Shown here piece after piece: positions 35,871 to 45,913 of a stretch of 53,725 bases of DNA; position 1 is the stretch's first letter, and every line of letters starts with the position of its first letter. This DNA is from Myxococcales bacterium. GTDB lineage: Bacteria; Myxococcota_A; UBA9042. The translations under genes were made by a program, and so were the position numbers. The notes below the pieces were generated by a model. It was not told where the DNA came from. It worked only from the letters and a program-made list of their open reading frames with translations, and searched no databases. The DNA lies in NCBI GenBank assembly GCA_037441385.1, contig JBBISH010000030.1, positions 1-53,725 of the forward strand. The letters run 5' to 3'.

Positions 35871-37544
35871 ATGGCCTGGCACAGCATCCCAAACCGCCTG
35901 ACGCACGCGTCCGAGCGACCCCGCGTTGCCCTCCTGGCGGCGCTGGTCGTTGCAGTGCTGGGTACCGGCGGGTGCGTGCAAGTGCGCCGGTTCCTGGTGC
36001 CGCCGCCGGATCCGTCGCGGGAGGGCATGGTGGGCAAAGAATCGCAGGCTTCGCGGGCGCTTGCCGACACTGTGGTGGTGGTGGGGCACTTGGCCGGGCA
36101 CCCCGACGGACGGGCCATCGCGCTCCGCGGCGGCGAGGTCATCGCCCTGGGCGCACCGGCCGACGTCACGGCTGTGCAAGGGCCGTCTACTCACGTGGTC
36201 AAGGCCTCGCAAGCATGGGCAACTCAAGGGCTGATTGATGCGCACGTCCACCTGGAGGGCTCGGCCATGCGCGCCGATGCCGCCAGTCTGGCCGAGGTCG
36301 CTGACGCCAACGGCCTGGCAAGTGCCGTGCGACTGGCGCGGCCGACGATGACCAACTGGCTCTGGGGATACGGTCTGTCGCAGGCGGCCTTTGAGCGCCT
36401 GGACGCCGCAGAGGTCGACGCGGCGCTGGACGACACGCCGGCCTACCTGTCGCGGGCCGATGGCCACGGCGCCTTGCTGTCGAGCGCGCTACTCGAGCAG
36501 TTGCCGCGCGATCTGGCGCAGCGCGTGCGGCAGGCCGGCAACAAAGTGGAAGGAGCCCTGGCCAGTGAGGTGTGGCGCTCGCTGCCGCCGTGGCCGATGG
36601 CGCGCCTGCGGCCGCTGCTGCGGCAGCTGCTGCTGCAATTCGAGCGGCGCGGAGTGACCGAGGTTCACGCCATTGGCGAGTCGCAGGCCCTGCTGGACAC
36701 CCTGTACAGCCTGGAGGCGGCGGGACAATTGGCGGTGCGCGTGCGGCTGTACCTGGACGCCGAGCGCCCAGAGGGCCAGGCCCTGTTGGCTGGCAAGTAT
36801 CAGCGTGTCGCCAGTCGCGCCGTGCTGGTCGCGGGCGTCAAGCTTTGGCTGGATGGCACGCTGTCGGCGCGGTCGGCAGCGCTGCTGCAGCCCTATGCGG
36901 ACCTGCCCGGCCACACCGGCAAGCTGACCTACAGCGATGATCAAGTGGCGCACGTGCTGCAACAGGCCGATCGGCAAGGTGTGCAGCTGGCGGTGCACGC
37001 CATCGGCGACGCGGCCGTGGAGCAGATTCTGCGGGTCAGCGAGGGGATGCACCGCGACGCGGGTGCCTTGGCAATTCGCATCGAGCACGCGCAAGTCGTG
37101 ACGCCCAGCCAACTGCCGCGCCTCAAGGCTGGCCGGTTCGAGTGCAGCGTGCAGCCACGCCACCGCGAAGCCGACGCGCCGTTTGCCTTGGCGCGCCTGG
37201 GCGCCGAGCGCATGGCATGGGCGTACCGCGGCCTGGCGTTGGCCGACGTGTGCCCCGTGCGGGCCGGCTCGGATGTGCCGGTGGTGCCTACGGATCCGCT
37301 GGGCGACCTGCGGGTGATGCTCAAGACCGAGCCTGGGCAATTGGGGGGAACGTCGCGCGGCGTTGCCGACGTGGCCTGGCAGGCCCTGGGCCCACACGGA
37401 ACCCGGCAGGCGCCCCGGCCGTTGCGCCTGGGGGACCGCACGGACCTGGTGTTGTGGTCGGCAGATCCGCGCGACCCGGCTCTGGGCGCAGTGCCCCAAT
37501 GGACGATCATCCGCGGGGTGGTGCGGCAGATCGTCCCCGAATAG
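35871..37544 (+). CDS. Amidohydrolase family 3 (YtcJ-like), probably exported or lipidated
   Basis: GLIDAHVH, SRADGH, GVKLWLDG, VHAIGD, RIEHAQ, GSDVP; N-terminal hydrophobic segment ending TGGC; AGGAG RBS. Confidence 0.85.
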   Translation: MAWHSIPNRLTHASERPRVALLAALVVAVLGTGGCVQVRRFLVPPPDPSREGMVGKESQASRALADTVVVVGHLAGHPDGRAIALRGGEVIALGAPADVTAVQGPSTHVVKASQAWATQGLIDAHVHLEGSAMRADAASLAEVADANGLASAVRLARPTMTNWLWGYGLSQAAFERLDAAEVDAALDDTPAYLSRADGHGALLSSALLEQLPRDLAQRVRQAGNKVEGALASEVWRSLPPWPMARLRPLLRQLLLQFERRGVTEVHAIGESQALLDTLYSLEAAGQLAVRVRLYLDAERPEGQALLAGKYQRVASRAVLVAGVKLWLDGTLSARSAALLQPYADLPGHTGKLTYSDDQVAHVLQQADRQGVQLAVHAIGDAAVEQILRVSEGMHRDAGALAIRIEHAQVVTPSQLPRLKAGRFECSVQPRHREADAPFALARLGAERMAWAYRGLALADVCPVRAGSDVPVVPTDPLGDLRVMLKTEPGQLGGTSRGVADVAWQALGPHGTRQAPRPLRLGDRTDLVLWSADPRDPALGAVPQWTIIRGVVRQIVPE

Positions 37545-37570
37545 GTTGAAGCCGTGCGGGGTACCTCGGG

Positions 37571-39895
37571 CTACGGCGATCCAAGCACCGCCAGACCGGC
37601 GCCGCCGATGTAGCCGTAGCTCACGTCGTTGTCGTAGCCATACACCGTCAGCGAGCCCTTGCCGCTGAGCTGCAGGCGATGTGGCCCGGCCGGGATCTCG
37701 AGGCGGACCACCTGCCACTGCGTGCCGGCGATGGTCGTGAATTTGTTGGCGGCCACCAAGGCGTTGTCGACCTTGGCGGTGGCGCCCACCGGCATCACGA
37801 TGTTGAGGTAGTTGATGGCGTACTTGTCGGGCACTAGGAAGATGTAGTCGTCGAGGAATTGATCGACGGCCGCGGCCAGGATGAGCGACGGGTCGCCGAT
37901 CGGCTCGCAGTAGCCGTTGGCACAGTCGCCCATGTAGGCGTACTTGGTCTTGCACTGGGCGCTGGTGCTGCAGGTGCCGCCGTCGCTGGTCACCGTGGCA
38001 AACGACGACGCCATGTACTGCGCGACGAGCACGGGCTTGTTCGCGTTGATGACAAAGTCTTTGTCGGAGAGGATCTCGAACCACGCGCCCTGACCGAGCA
38101 CGGGGATCGTGACACCCAGGCTAGGCGTGGTGGTCACCGTGGTGCCGGCCTGCACCGCCAGGATACGGTACGAATCCTTTTCTTTGCCACGGGGCGCCAA
38201 CCGCGAGGCCACGTAGGTCGTGCCCAACGTATTGACTGGGAACATCTGCTCTTCCAAGTGGTCGGCGCAGCAGCTGGGACCGCACTGGCTGTCGGCGCTG
38301 CAGAACTGCGTTCCGTTGCTGCCCGCGCACGCCTTGCCGCCAAAGCCCTGGTTGTTGGTGACGCAGTTGCCGGTGTCGGGCGAGTTCGACGCCTCGGAAC
38401 CGCCGAACACCGCGACCGGCTTGTCGGACTCGACGTAGCTGCCGGTCAGGTCGCCGCCCGCTTCGTTGGATTCCAGGTTGAGTACCTGGCCCTGTTTGAG
38501 CACGTAAGTAGCCGTATCGCCCTTCTTTAGCGCGGGGACACCGGGTCCGGCCAAGGTCTTGCACGTCACCTTGACGCCGACGTTGGTGTCGCCGGACGAC
38601 GTCGCGATGACCGTGATGTAGCTGCGGAATTTGTCGGCGAGCTGGCGGCGCGTCATCACGTAGTAGCTGGTGCCAAGCGAGCCGGTGGGCAGAAGCAGCG
38701 AAGCGTCGTTGCTGAAGACGCCAAAGTTCTCGAGCGGATTGAACTGATAGGCCACGATCGGCTGATCCGCCAGGATGCGGTAGACCATGGTGTTGATGTT
38801 GGTGCCGTCCTGATTCTGGTTGGGCACACCCCAGCTTTTATCCGGCAGGTTGATGACTTGCAGTGCCTTGGCCGCCACCGTATAGGTCTTGGTCTTGTAC
38901 GCGGCGGTGCCTTTGGTGCCGAGGGACACGGTGACGGCGGCCGGCGCGTCGGCGGTGTTGGAAACGACTACCGCATACTGCTTGTTTTGGGCGTCGTATA
39001 CGTTGCCATTGATGTCGGTGTCCACGGCGTTGTCCAGGTCGACCGCCCAGAAGTCGCAGCCCACGTAGGTGTTGGACTTGATGTCGCCTTGGCACGGGTT
39101 GACGCAAAGGCCGCCCAGGCAGTTTTGCCCCTTGGCGCCGCAGTCTTCGGCCAAGGCCATGCCGCTACCATCGTCTGAACAGGCCATCGCCAAGCTGCCG
39201 TCGCATAGCTTGGTGCCGGGGGCGCACACCATGCACTGCTTGTTGATGCAGGTGGCGTCGCCTGGGCATGCCTCGCTGACAACGGCGAAACTGCCGTCGG
39301 CGTTGCACTGCATGACCGCCTTGGACTTGCCACCGGCCGGCGCGGCGGCGCAGTACTTCTGGCCCGGCTCGCACAAGCGGCACGATCCGTTCACGCAGAT
39401 GGGCGTCTCTTCCGGGCACTTGGACGTGGTCGAGGTCTTGCCGTCGGCGTTGCAGGTGACCAGAAAGGTGCCGTCGCAACTGGTGGAGCCGGGCACGCAC
39501 GAGGGATCCTTGCACGCAAAGCCCTCGCACACCTGGCCGGGCTGGCACTGGTACTCGGTCAGGCATTCGACGCACTGCTTCAACGCGGTGGCGCACAAGT
39601 GCTTGTTTTGATAGTCCTTGCACGCGCTCGATGTGGTGCACGCGGGGCCATCGTAGGCGTCGTCGACCACGTCGCTGGCCACCGTGCTGTCGTCCTGCGT
39701 CGAATCGTCGGGCTGGGGCGCATCGCTGGGATCGGTGGCGTCGCTTTCGGGCGTGCCATGGTCGGCCGAGGCGGCGGCGTCTCCGCCGCTTTCGGAGTCG
39801 GGCAAGATGTAGTAGCTGCCGCCGCCACCCCCCGAAACGGGCTGCGAACACCCGCCCGCTGCGCCCGCCAGGCACGCCAAGAGAACCTTAGCCAT
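37571..39895 (-). CDS. Lipoprotein with Cys-rich region and IgGFc-binding protein N-terminal domain
   Basis: Lipobox AGGC; GCDFWAVDLDN, AYQFNPL, SNDASLLLP, DLTGSYVESDKPVAVFGG, DHLEEQMFP, KPVLVAQY, GDPSL, YGY...SYGYIGG. Alternative start 39937. Confidence 0.85.
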   Translation of the reverse strand: MAKVLLACLAGAAGGCSQPVSGGGGGSYYILPDSESGGDAAASADHGTPESDATDPSDAPQPDDSTQDDSTVASDVVDDAYDGPACTTSSACKDYQNKHLCATALKQCVECLTEYQCQPGQVCEGFACKDPSCVPGSTSCDGTFLVTCNADGKTSTTSKCPEETPICVNGSCRLCEPGQKYCAAAPAGGKSKAVMQCNADGSFAVVSEACPGDATCINKQCMVCAPGTKLCDGSLAMACSDDGSGMALAEDCGAKGQNCLGGLCVNPCQGDIKSNTYVGCDFWAVDLDNAVDTDINGNVYDAQNKQYAVVVSNTADAPAAVTVSLGTKGTAAYKTKTYTVAAKALQVINLPDKSWGVPNQNQDGTNINTMVYRILADQPIVAYQFNPLENFGVFSNDASLLLPTGSLGTSYYVMTRRQLADKFRSYITVIATSSGDTNVGVKVTCKTLAGPGVPALKKGDTATYVLKQGQVLNLESNEAGGDLTGSYVESDKPVAVFGGSEASNSPDTGNCVTNNQGFGGKACAGSNGTQFCSADSQCGPSCCADHLEEQMFPVNTLGTTYVASRLAPRGKEKDSYRILAVQAGTTVTTTPSLGVTIPVLGQGAWFEILSDKDFVINANKPVLVAQYMASSFATVTSDGGTCSTSAQCKTKYAYMGDCANGYCEPIGDPSLILAAAVDQFLDDYIFLVPDKYAINYLNIVMPVGATAKVDNALVAANKFTTIAGTQWQVVRLEIPAGPHRLQLSGKGSLTVYGYDNDVSYGYIGGAGLAVLGSP

Positions 39896-40080
39896 ATAGC
39901 GTGCTTGAGACTCAGAGTTGGAGGAGGCTCGGCGCATAGCGGTACTCTTGGGGCACGAGCCCACGCTTGCAGTCTACCGACGTCGCGGGCGCATGACGAG
40001 GCCTATCGTAGAAGTCCGCCGACTCGGTCCGGATTCAACACTGTTGCGACCAGGGCTACAGTTCGTTTCGAGCGCAGCGA

Positions 40081-40109
40081 TTGTTTCCGCATGGGGCCGA
40101 AACTATCCT
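40081..40109 (+). promoter_or_regulatory. Putative sigma70 promoter of the dioxygenase gene
   Basis: TTGTTT-N17-TATCCT. Confidence 0.45.
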
Positions 40110-40151
40110 GATGATGCAGTGCCGGGATCTGGCACCCAATGGAGCGCGGCC

Positions 40152-41081
40152 ATGAACCAAGAGCGAGAAACGGGCCAGTGGACGAGGCGGCAGGTCCTGG
40201 CCGCCAGCGTTGCGACCGGAGTGGCGACGGCTGGCGCGGTGGCTGCCGCTGTGGACGGCGAGGCGGCGACACCAGCCAACCACCGCAAGCTGCCGGTGGT
40301 GTTCTTGCCGCACGGCGGCGGGCCGTGGCCGTTCGTGAAGATGAACATGGGCGCGCCGCAAGAACTGCAGGCGATGGCGAACTACCTGAAGTCGGTGCCG
40401 CATGCCGCAAAGGCGCCGATCCAGGCGATTTTGGTGATCTCGGCGCACTGGGAAGAGGCGCGGCCCACGGTGATGACCCACCCGTCGCCGCCGCTGCTGT
40501 TTGATTACTACGGCTTCCCACCCGAGTCGTACCAACTGACGTGGCCAGCGCCGGGAGAGCCGCAGCTGGCGCAGAAAGTGCGGCAACTGCTCGAGAGCGC
40601 GGGCTTTGCCACGGCGAGCAACGCCGAGCGCGGCTTTGACCACGGCACCTTTGTGCCACTGAAACTGGCCTGGCCCGACGCCAAGGTCCCGGTGGTGCAA
40701 TTGTCGCTCAAGCGTGGGCTGGATCCCGCTGAGCACATCGCCATGGGCGCAGCGCTGCAACCGTTGCGGAGTCAGGGCGTTTTCATCATCGGTAGCGGCA
40801 TGACCTACCACAACATGCGCGGCTTTGGCGACCCGCGGGCGGTGCCGGCGTCGGAGCAATTCGATCGATGGCTGCAGAGCGCGGCCACCGCGGAACCTGC
40901 CGAGCGCACGCGGTTGCTCACGCAATGGCAGCAAGCCCCGGCGGCGCGCGCGGTGCACCCGCGCGAAGAACACCTACTGCCGCTGATGGTCATCGCGGGG
41001 GCGGCTGGTGCGGACAGGGCTACGGTGCCCTATGCCGGGACGCTGATGGGGCTGAAGCTGTCGGCCTATCACTTTGGCTGA
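40152..41081 (+). CDS. DODA/YgiD-type (LigB family) extradiol ring-cleavage dioxygenase with twin-arginine leader
   Basis: FLPHGGGP, VISAHWE, DYYGFP, RGFDHG, GSGMTYHN, HPREEHLLPL; N-terminal TRRQVL followed by a hydrophobic stretch. Confidence 0.88.
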   Translation: MNQERETGQWTRRQVLAASVATGVATAGAVAAAVDGEAATPANHRKLPVVFLPHGGGPWPFVKMNMGAPQELQAMANYLKSVPHAAKAPIQAILVISAHWEEARPTVMTHPSPPLLFDYYGFPPESYQLTWPAPGEPQLAQKVRQLLESAGFATASNAERGFDHGTFVPLKLAWPDAKVPVVQLSLKRGLDPAEHIAMGAALQPLRSQGVFIIGSGMTYHNMRGFGDPRAVPASEQFDRWLQSAATAEPAERTRLLTQWQQAPAARAVHPREEHLLPLMVIAGAAGADRATVPYAGTLMGLKLSAYHFG

Positions 41082-41169
41082 TACGCATCCCACCTGGTTC
41101 ACGCCTGTACGGTTCGCTGACCCGGTCTACAACCGGCGAGAATTAGACGGGGAATCGGCACGAGGCCGA

Positions 41170-41772
41170 TCAGTGGCACGCCAGGGCGCCGCGCAGCATG
41201 TCGACCACCAGCAACAGCGGCAACCCCTCGATCGCGGTGGGATCCGTGCCCTTGCAGGCGGCGATGACCCAAGGGCCGCCCGCCTCGATCTTGTAGCTGC
41301 CGGCGCAGTCGAGCGGCTGGTCCAGGGCGACGTACTGCTCGGCCCACTGGCGATCCATTGGCCGCATCGTTACTTGCACGCTGGTGCTGCGGACCTCGAT
41401 GGTGCGGCCTGGCACGGCCAGAGCAACCGTCGTGCGCAATTCGTGGGTTTGTCCAGCGAGTTGCAGCAGCTGGGCTACGGCGGCTTCGGCGCTCCCAGGC
41501 TTGCCCAGCAACTGCGGACCGCCTGGGCCGTCGACCACGACGCCCTGGTCGGCTGCCAGGATCCAGTCTTGGGCATACTCGGCAACGGCCTGCAGAGCCA
41601 GAGCTTTTTCGCGGGCATGGTGGTCAACCAACTGGCGCGCATCCAACCCGGATTGCGGCAACTCTTGGTAGGGCGGCGCAACCGCGGCAAAGGTCAGGCC
41701 CAAGCGCTGCAGCTGGGCGCGCCGATAGCGCGAGGTGGACGCCAGAACCAGACGGGCAGGAAGGTGAAGCAT
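41170..41772 (-). CDS. maf: Maf-family nucleoside triphosphate pyrophosphatase (YceF-like)
   Basis: LVLASTSRYRR, ILAADQ, LGKP, CAGSYKIE, IEGLPL. Confidence 0.88.
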   Translation of the reverse strand: MLHLPARLVLASTSRYRRAQLQRLGLTFAAVAPPYQELPQSGLDARQLVDHHAREKALALQAVAEYAQDWILAADQGVVVDGPGGPQLLGKPGSAEAAVAQLLQLAGQTHELRTTVALAVPGRTIEVRSTSVQVTMRPMDRQWAEQYVALDQPLDCAGSYKIEAGGPWVIAACKGTDPTAIEGLPLLLVVDMLRGALACH

Positions 41773-41811
41773 GGGCCGTTGTGCCGTGAAATTGTGCTGA
41801 AATACAACAGA

Positions 41812-43368
41812 CTACGCGAGTGGCACGCCCAACTCGGCCACTTCGGTTTCCAGCGCGCCGCTGCGCAGCAGGGCGGTCGCCGCTGCAATGTCGCCGGCCA
41901 AGATACGATCGGCCGTAAGCGGCGGAATCACTTGGCGGATCCCCTGCAAGATTGCCCCTGTCAGCGGCCCCGGCTGCAGTGGCGCGCGCATGTCGATGCC
42001 CTGGGCAGCGGCCAGCCATTCGATGGCGATCACTTGCTCGGCATTGGCGACGATCTCGGCAAACCGGCGCGCGGCAATGGTACCCATCGACACGTGGTCT
42101 TCTTTGTTGGCCGAGGACGGGATCGAGTCGACCGAGGCCGGCATCGACAGGCCCTTGCTCTCGCTGACCAAAGCGGCCGCGGTCACTTGCGCGATCATGA
42201 AGCCCGAGTGCAGGCCACTGTGGCGCGCCAAGAACGGCGGCAGACCCGAATTCAGAGCCGGGTTGACCAGTTGCTCGATGCGCCGCTCGGACATCGACGC
42301 CAGCGAAGTCAGCGCGGTCCGCGCCAAGTCGCAAGCGATGGCCACCGGTTGGCCATGGAAGTTGCCGCCCGACAAGATGGCGCCCTGGCGCGGATCGGCG
42401 CCTTCCTTGACGAAAATGAGCGGGTTGTCGGTCACCGCGTTGATCTCGACCTCAAGAATGCTGCGCACATAGCCCAAGGCGTCGCGGACCGCGCCATGGA
42501 CCTGCGGCATGCAGCGAATGCTATAGGGGTCTTGCACCTTGTGGTCCGAGGGGCCGGCGTGCGAAGCAATCAGCGGGCTGGCCGTGGTCAGGGCGCGCAA
42601 ATTGGCCGCAGCACGCGCCGCGCCGGTGTAGGGGCGCAGGCCAATGATGCGCTGGTCAAAGGCCTTGTCGGTCGCCAGCTGGGCTTCGACCGTCAGCGCG
42701 CCGGCCATGTCCGCCGCGCGGCACAGTCGCTCGGCCGAGTCCAGCGCCAGCACGGCGATAGCGGTCATCGCCTGAGTGCCATTGATCAGTGACAGGCCTT
42801 CTTTGGCTTGCAGGGTCAGTGGTTCGATGCCGGTCAGCGCGTGGATCTGCTCGCCCGCCACCACCTTGCCGTCGATCTCGACTTGGCCTTCGCCGATGAG
42901 AGCCAGGGCCAAGTGCGCGAGCGGCGCGAGATCGCCCGACGCGCCCACCGAACCCTGGCTGGGGACCAGCGGGTGGACGCCGCGCGCCAACAACTCGCAA
43001 ATACGGTCGATCACGATCGGGCGCACGCCGCTGTGGCCAGCCGCCAGCACTTGCGCGCGCAGCAACATCATCGCGCGCACCACAGGCACGGGCAGCAGCG
43101 CGCCGACGCCACAGGCGTGCGAACGCACCAAGTTGGTCTGCAGTTCGGCGATCTGACTGTCGGCAATGACGACCTCGGCCAGCGCACCAAAGCCGGTGTT
43201 GATGCCATAGCGCGGAGTCTCGTGCTCGGCGACGAACGCTTCGACCACTGCGCGGGCCAGACCGACGCGATGGTGAGCTTGCGGACCCAAGACGGGCTGG
43301 CAGCGACCATAGGCCACTTCGATGACATCATGGATCTGCAAAGGGAGCGAGAGGTCGAACGTGCGCAT
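41812..43368 (-). CDS. hutH: Histidine ammonia-lyase
   Basis: YGINTGFG, LVRSHACG, MIO-forming GSVGASGDLAPL, KEGLSLINGT, VQDPYSIRC, GGNFHG, EDHVSM. Confidence 0.95.
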   Translation of the reverse strand: MRTFDLSLPLQIHDVIEVAYGRCQPVLGPQAHHRVGLARAVVEAFVAEHETPRYGINTGFGALAEVVIADSQIAELQTNLVRSHACGVGALLPVPVVRAMMLLRAQVLAAGHSGVRPIVIDRICELLARGVHPLVPSQGSVGASGDLAPLAHLALALIGEGQVEIDGKVVAGEQIHALTGIEPLTLQAKEGLSLINGTQAMTAIAVLALDSAERLCRAADMAGALTVEAQLATDKAFDQRIIGLRPYTGAARAAANLRALTTASPLIASHAGPSDHKVQDPYSIRCMPQVHGAVRDALGYVRSILEVEINAVTDNPLIFVKEGADPRQGAILSGGNFHGQPVAIACDLARTALTSLASMSERRIEQLVNPALNSGLPPFLARHSGLHSGFMIAQVTAAALVSESKGLSMPASVDSIPSSANKEDHVSMGTIAARRFAEIVANAEQVIAIEWLAAAQGIDMRAPLQPGPLTGAILQGIRQVIPPLTADRILAGDIAAATALLRSGALETEVAELGVPLA

Positions 43369-43402
43369 GACATCCTGCGGGCGCGGCGACGCGCGGCGCG
43401 GC

Positions 43403-43431
43403 AGCGTAGCATGTTGGGTCGGCAGAGTCAG
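43403..43431 (-). promoter_or_regulatory. Putative internal promoter for hutH-maf
   Basis: Minus strand CTGACT-N17-TACGCT with an extended -10 TG. Confidence 0.4.
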
Positions 43432-45899
43432 CGCACGCGGACTCGCGCGCGGCCTTGGGCGGTCACGCTGCCCGGCAGGCTGGCTTCGACCGTGATCGTG
43501 TGATCGCCCGCCAAGGGCGTCCACAACACCTGCGCCTCTGCGCCACTTGGCCGGCCCACCGCCTGGCCATCCACGTACCACGTCAAGCGCGCAGCGGCAT
43601 CGCTGACCTCGGCGCGCAGACCGATCTGCCGATCGCGCGGGTGGGTATGCGGATCGAGCAGCAGGGACGCGCCGTCGGCCGGTTGCACCACCCGCACCTG
43701 CAGCGCGCCGGCCTTGGGGGCGGTGGCCGCTGCCGGGCACAACGGCGAATACGCAGTGGGCAACCATCCTTGCTGCTTGCTGGCCCACTCGGCGTACTGG
43801 CCGGGCGCGGCGATCCCGTGGCGCAGTTCGACCTGCTCGGGCGGGCAGGTGGGACCGGCCAAGAGCCCGTTGCGCCGGTCGATGCGCGCTTGCCCGTGCC
43901 AGGTGCATGGCCCGGGTACTTGTTCGGGGCGCAGCCATTCGCTGGTGGCGGCCCCGCATTGCGACGTGGCGACCAGGCCCGACACCGGGCAGATGGCCGT
44001 TCGCAGCAAACCTTCTGGGCGCTCGAAGGGCGGCGGCGGGTGCTCGCCGTGCAGTAGCACCATGACTTCGCGAAGCAGTGGCGCCGCGCCCGTCACGCCG
44101 CTCACGTCGCGCATCGCCGAACCATCGAAGTTGCCGACCCAGACGCCCACGGTGTAGCGCGTGGTGACGCCGATGGCCCAGTTGTCGCGAAAGCCCTTGC
44201 TGGTTCCCGTCTTTGCGGCCATCTGGAAGGGAGTCTCTAGCGGCCCACCGCGTTGGAAGCTGAGCGCCCGCGCGTCGGGGTCGCTCAAGACGTCCAGGAT
44301 TTGCCAGACAGCAGCGGGCGGCAGTACTTGACGTTCATCAAGTAGCGGTGGTCGCGCGGACTCGCCTTGCCAGCCGACCACTTCGTCGATCAAACGCGCC
44401 GGCCGGTAGCGGCCCATGCGACCCAACAGACTGAAGGCATTGGTTAACTCAAGCAGCGACACCTCGCCGTCGCCTAGCGTCAAGCCCAGGCCGTAGTGGC
44501 TTTCGTCGCGGCTGAGCGAGACCAACCCCGCTTCGGCCAATGTCCGCTGCAGCTTGTCCAGGCCGATGTGCTGGGCCAAGTAGACGGCTGGCAAGTTCAA
44601 GCTCGACGCCAGGGCCACCCGCGCGCGCACCGGGCCGTGTAGGGTCTCGCCATAGTTGCGGGGGATCCACGCCCCGGCCGGCGTGGCATACACGGCCTCG
44701 AGATCCGGGAGCAAGGTGGCCGGCGAGTCCGCATCGGCGAACGCGGCCGCATAGGTGAACGCCTTGATAGTCGAACCCGGCTGCCGCAAGGCGACGGCAC
44801 CGTTGTTGGCGCCCAGGTGCCCGGCGTCGCTATAGCTCGTGGAGCCCACCATGACTCGCACCTCGCCCGAGTCGTTGTCGATGGCGACGATGGCAGCATT
44901 GCCCACGTGGCGATCTGCCAGCGTGGCCAAGTGAGCCCGAGCGCGCGTGGCGGCCGCCTCGCACAGATCGGCATCGATGGTCGTGCGGATGGCGCGCGGC
45001 CGGTCCAACAGCACCCCCGGCAAGTGGTCGCCGATCCAAGCGGCCAGGTGCGGCGCACGGTGCCGGGTTGGATCCTCGACCAGGCGGATCGGCTGGGCCA
45101 ACGCGGTGGTCAGGTCGGCTTCGCTGATCCAGCCCAGACCCCGCATTTTCTGCAGCAAGGCGCGCTGGTCGGGCAGGGCCGCCGCGGGGTCGCGCGCCGG
45201 ATCCAGCCGCGAGGGCGAGCGCGGCAGCACCGCCAGCCAGGCTGCCTCGGCCAGGGTCACATCGGCGGGCGCCTTACCCAGCCACGCTAGCGAGGCCTGC
45301 TCGACCCCGCGCTGCAACCCGCCGTAGGGCGCATACGACAGGTAGAGCTCGAGGATCTCGTCTTTGGTCAGTACGCCCTCGAGCTGCACGGCTTGGATGG
45401 CCTCCATCGCCTTGTCGCCCAGAGTGCGCGGCCGCGGGTCCAGCCACTTGCAGAGCTGTTGCGTCAAGGTGGATGCGCCCGATACCACCCGCCCCGCGCG
45501 CAGGTTCTGCCAGGCGGCCCGGCTGGTCGCGAAGACATCCACGCCTGGGTGCTGCCAAAAGCGCTGATCTTCCAACGCCAATGTCGCCAACACCAAGTTG
45601 CGTGCCACCTTGGCCAGCGTCACCGGCCGGTGGCGGGTGCCGGCGGCGCCGGTCCACAGCTCGAGCACGCGCCCGTGGCGATCCAGCAGGCGCGTACTGC
45701 CGTAGTATTGTTCAAGAACTTCGCCTGGATTGGCGGGAATCGCCCACCGACCCCGTACCAGCCACAGGCCCGTCAGCAACAGCAGCACCATCGCCAGGAC
45801 CAGCTTCCAGCGGCGACGCTGCCAGTTTTCCCGCCGCTGCACGCGCTTGGCGCGCACGTCGGGATCTTGCTCGGGCTGCTTGGCTGGCGAACTGGACAT
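43428..45899 (-). CDS. pbpC: Penicillin-binding protein 1C (transglycosylase, transpeptidase and C-terminal BiPBP domain)
   Basis: EDQRFWQHPGVD, SGASTLTQQ, RQPGSTIK (SxxK), SLN (SxN), KTGTS; directly downstream of alpha-2-macroglobulin. Confidence 0.94.
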   Translation of the reverse strand: MSSSPAKQPEQDPDVRAKRVQRRENWQRRRWKLVLAMVLLLLTGLWLVRGRWAIPANPGEVLEQYYGSTRLLDRHGRVLELWTGAAGTRHRPVTLAKVARNLVLATLALEDQRFWQHPGVDVFATSRAAWQNLRAGRVVSGASTLTQQLCKWLDPRPRTLGDKAMEAIQAVQLEGVLTKDEILELYLSYAPYGGLQRGVEQASLAWLGKAPADVTLAEAAWLAVLPRSPSRLDPARDPAAALPDQRALLQKMRGLGWISEADLTTALAQPIRLVEDPTRHRAPHLAAWIGDHLPGVLLDRPRAIRTTIDADLCEAAATRARAHLATLADRHVGNAAIVAIDNDSGEVRVMVGSTSYSDAGHLGANNGAVALRQPGSTIKAFTYAAAFADADSPATLLPDLEAVYATPAGAWIPRNYGETLHGPVRARVALASSLNLPAVYLAQHIGLDKLQRTLAEAGLVSLSRDESHYGLGLTLGDGEVSLLELTNAFSLLGRMGRYRPARLIDEVVGWQGESARPPLLDERQVLPPAAVWQILDVLSDPDARALSFQRGGPLETPFQMAAKTGTSKGFRDNWAIGVTTRYTVGVWVGNFDGSAMRDVSGVTGAAPLLREVMVLLHGEHPPPPFERPEGLLRTAICPVSGLVATSQCGAATSEWLRPEQVPGPCTWHGQARIDRRNGLLAGPTCPPEQVELRHGIAAPGQYAEWASKQQGWLPTAYSPLCPAAATAPKAGALQVRVVQPADGASLLLDPHTHPRDRQIGLRAEVSDAAARLTWYVDGQAVGRPSGAEAQVLWTPLAGDHTITVEASLPGSVTAQGRARVRVR

Positions 45900-45913
45900 C
45901 GGGCGCGGTCCGG

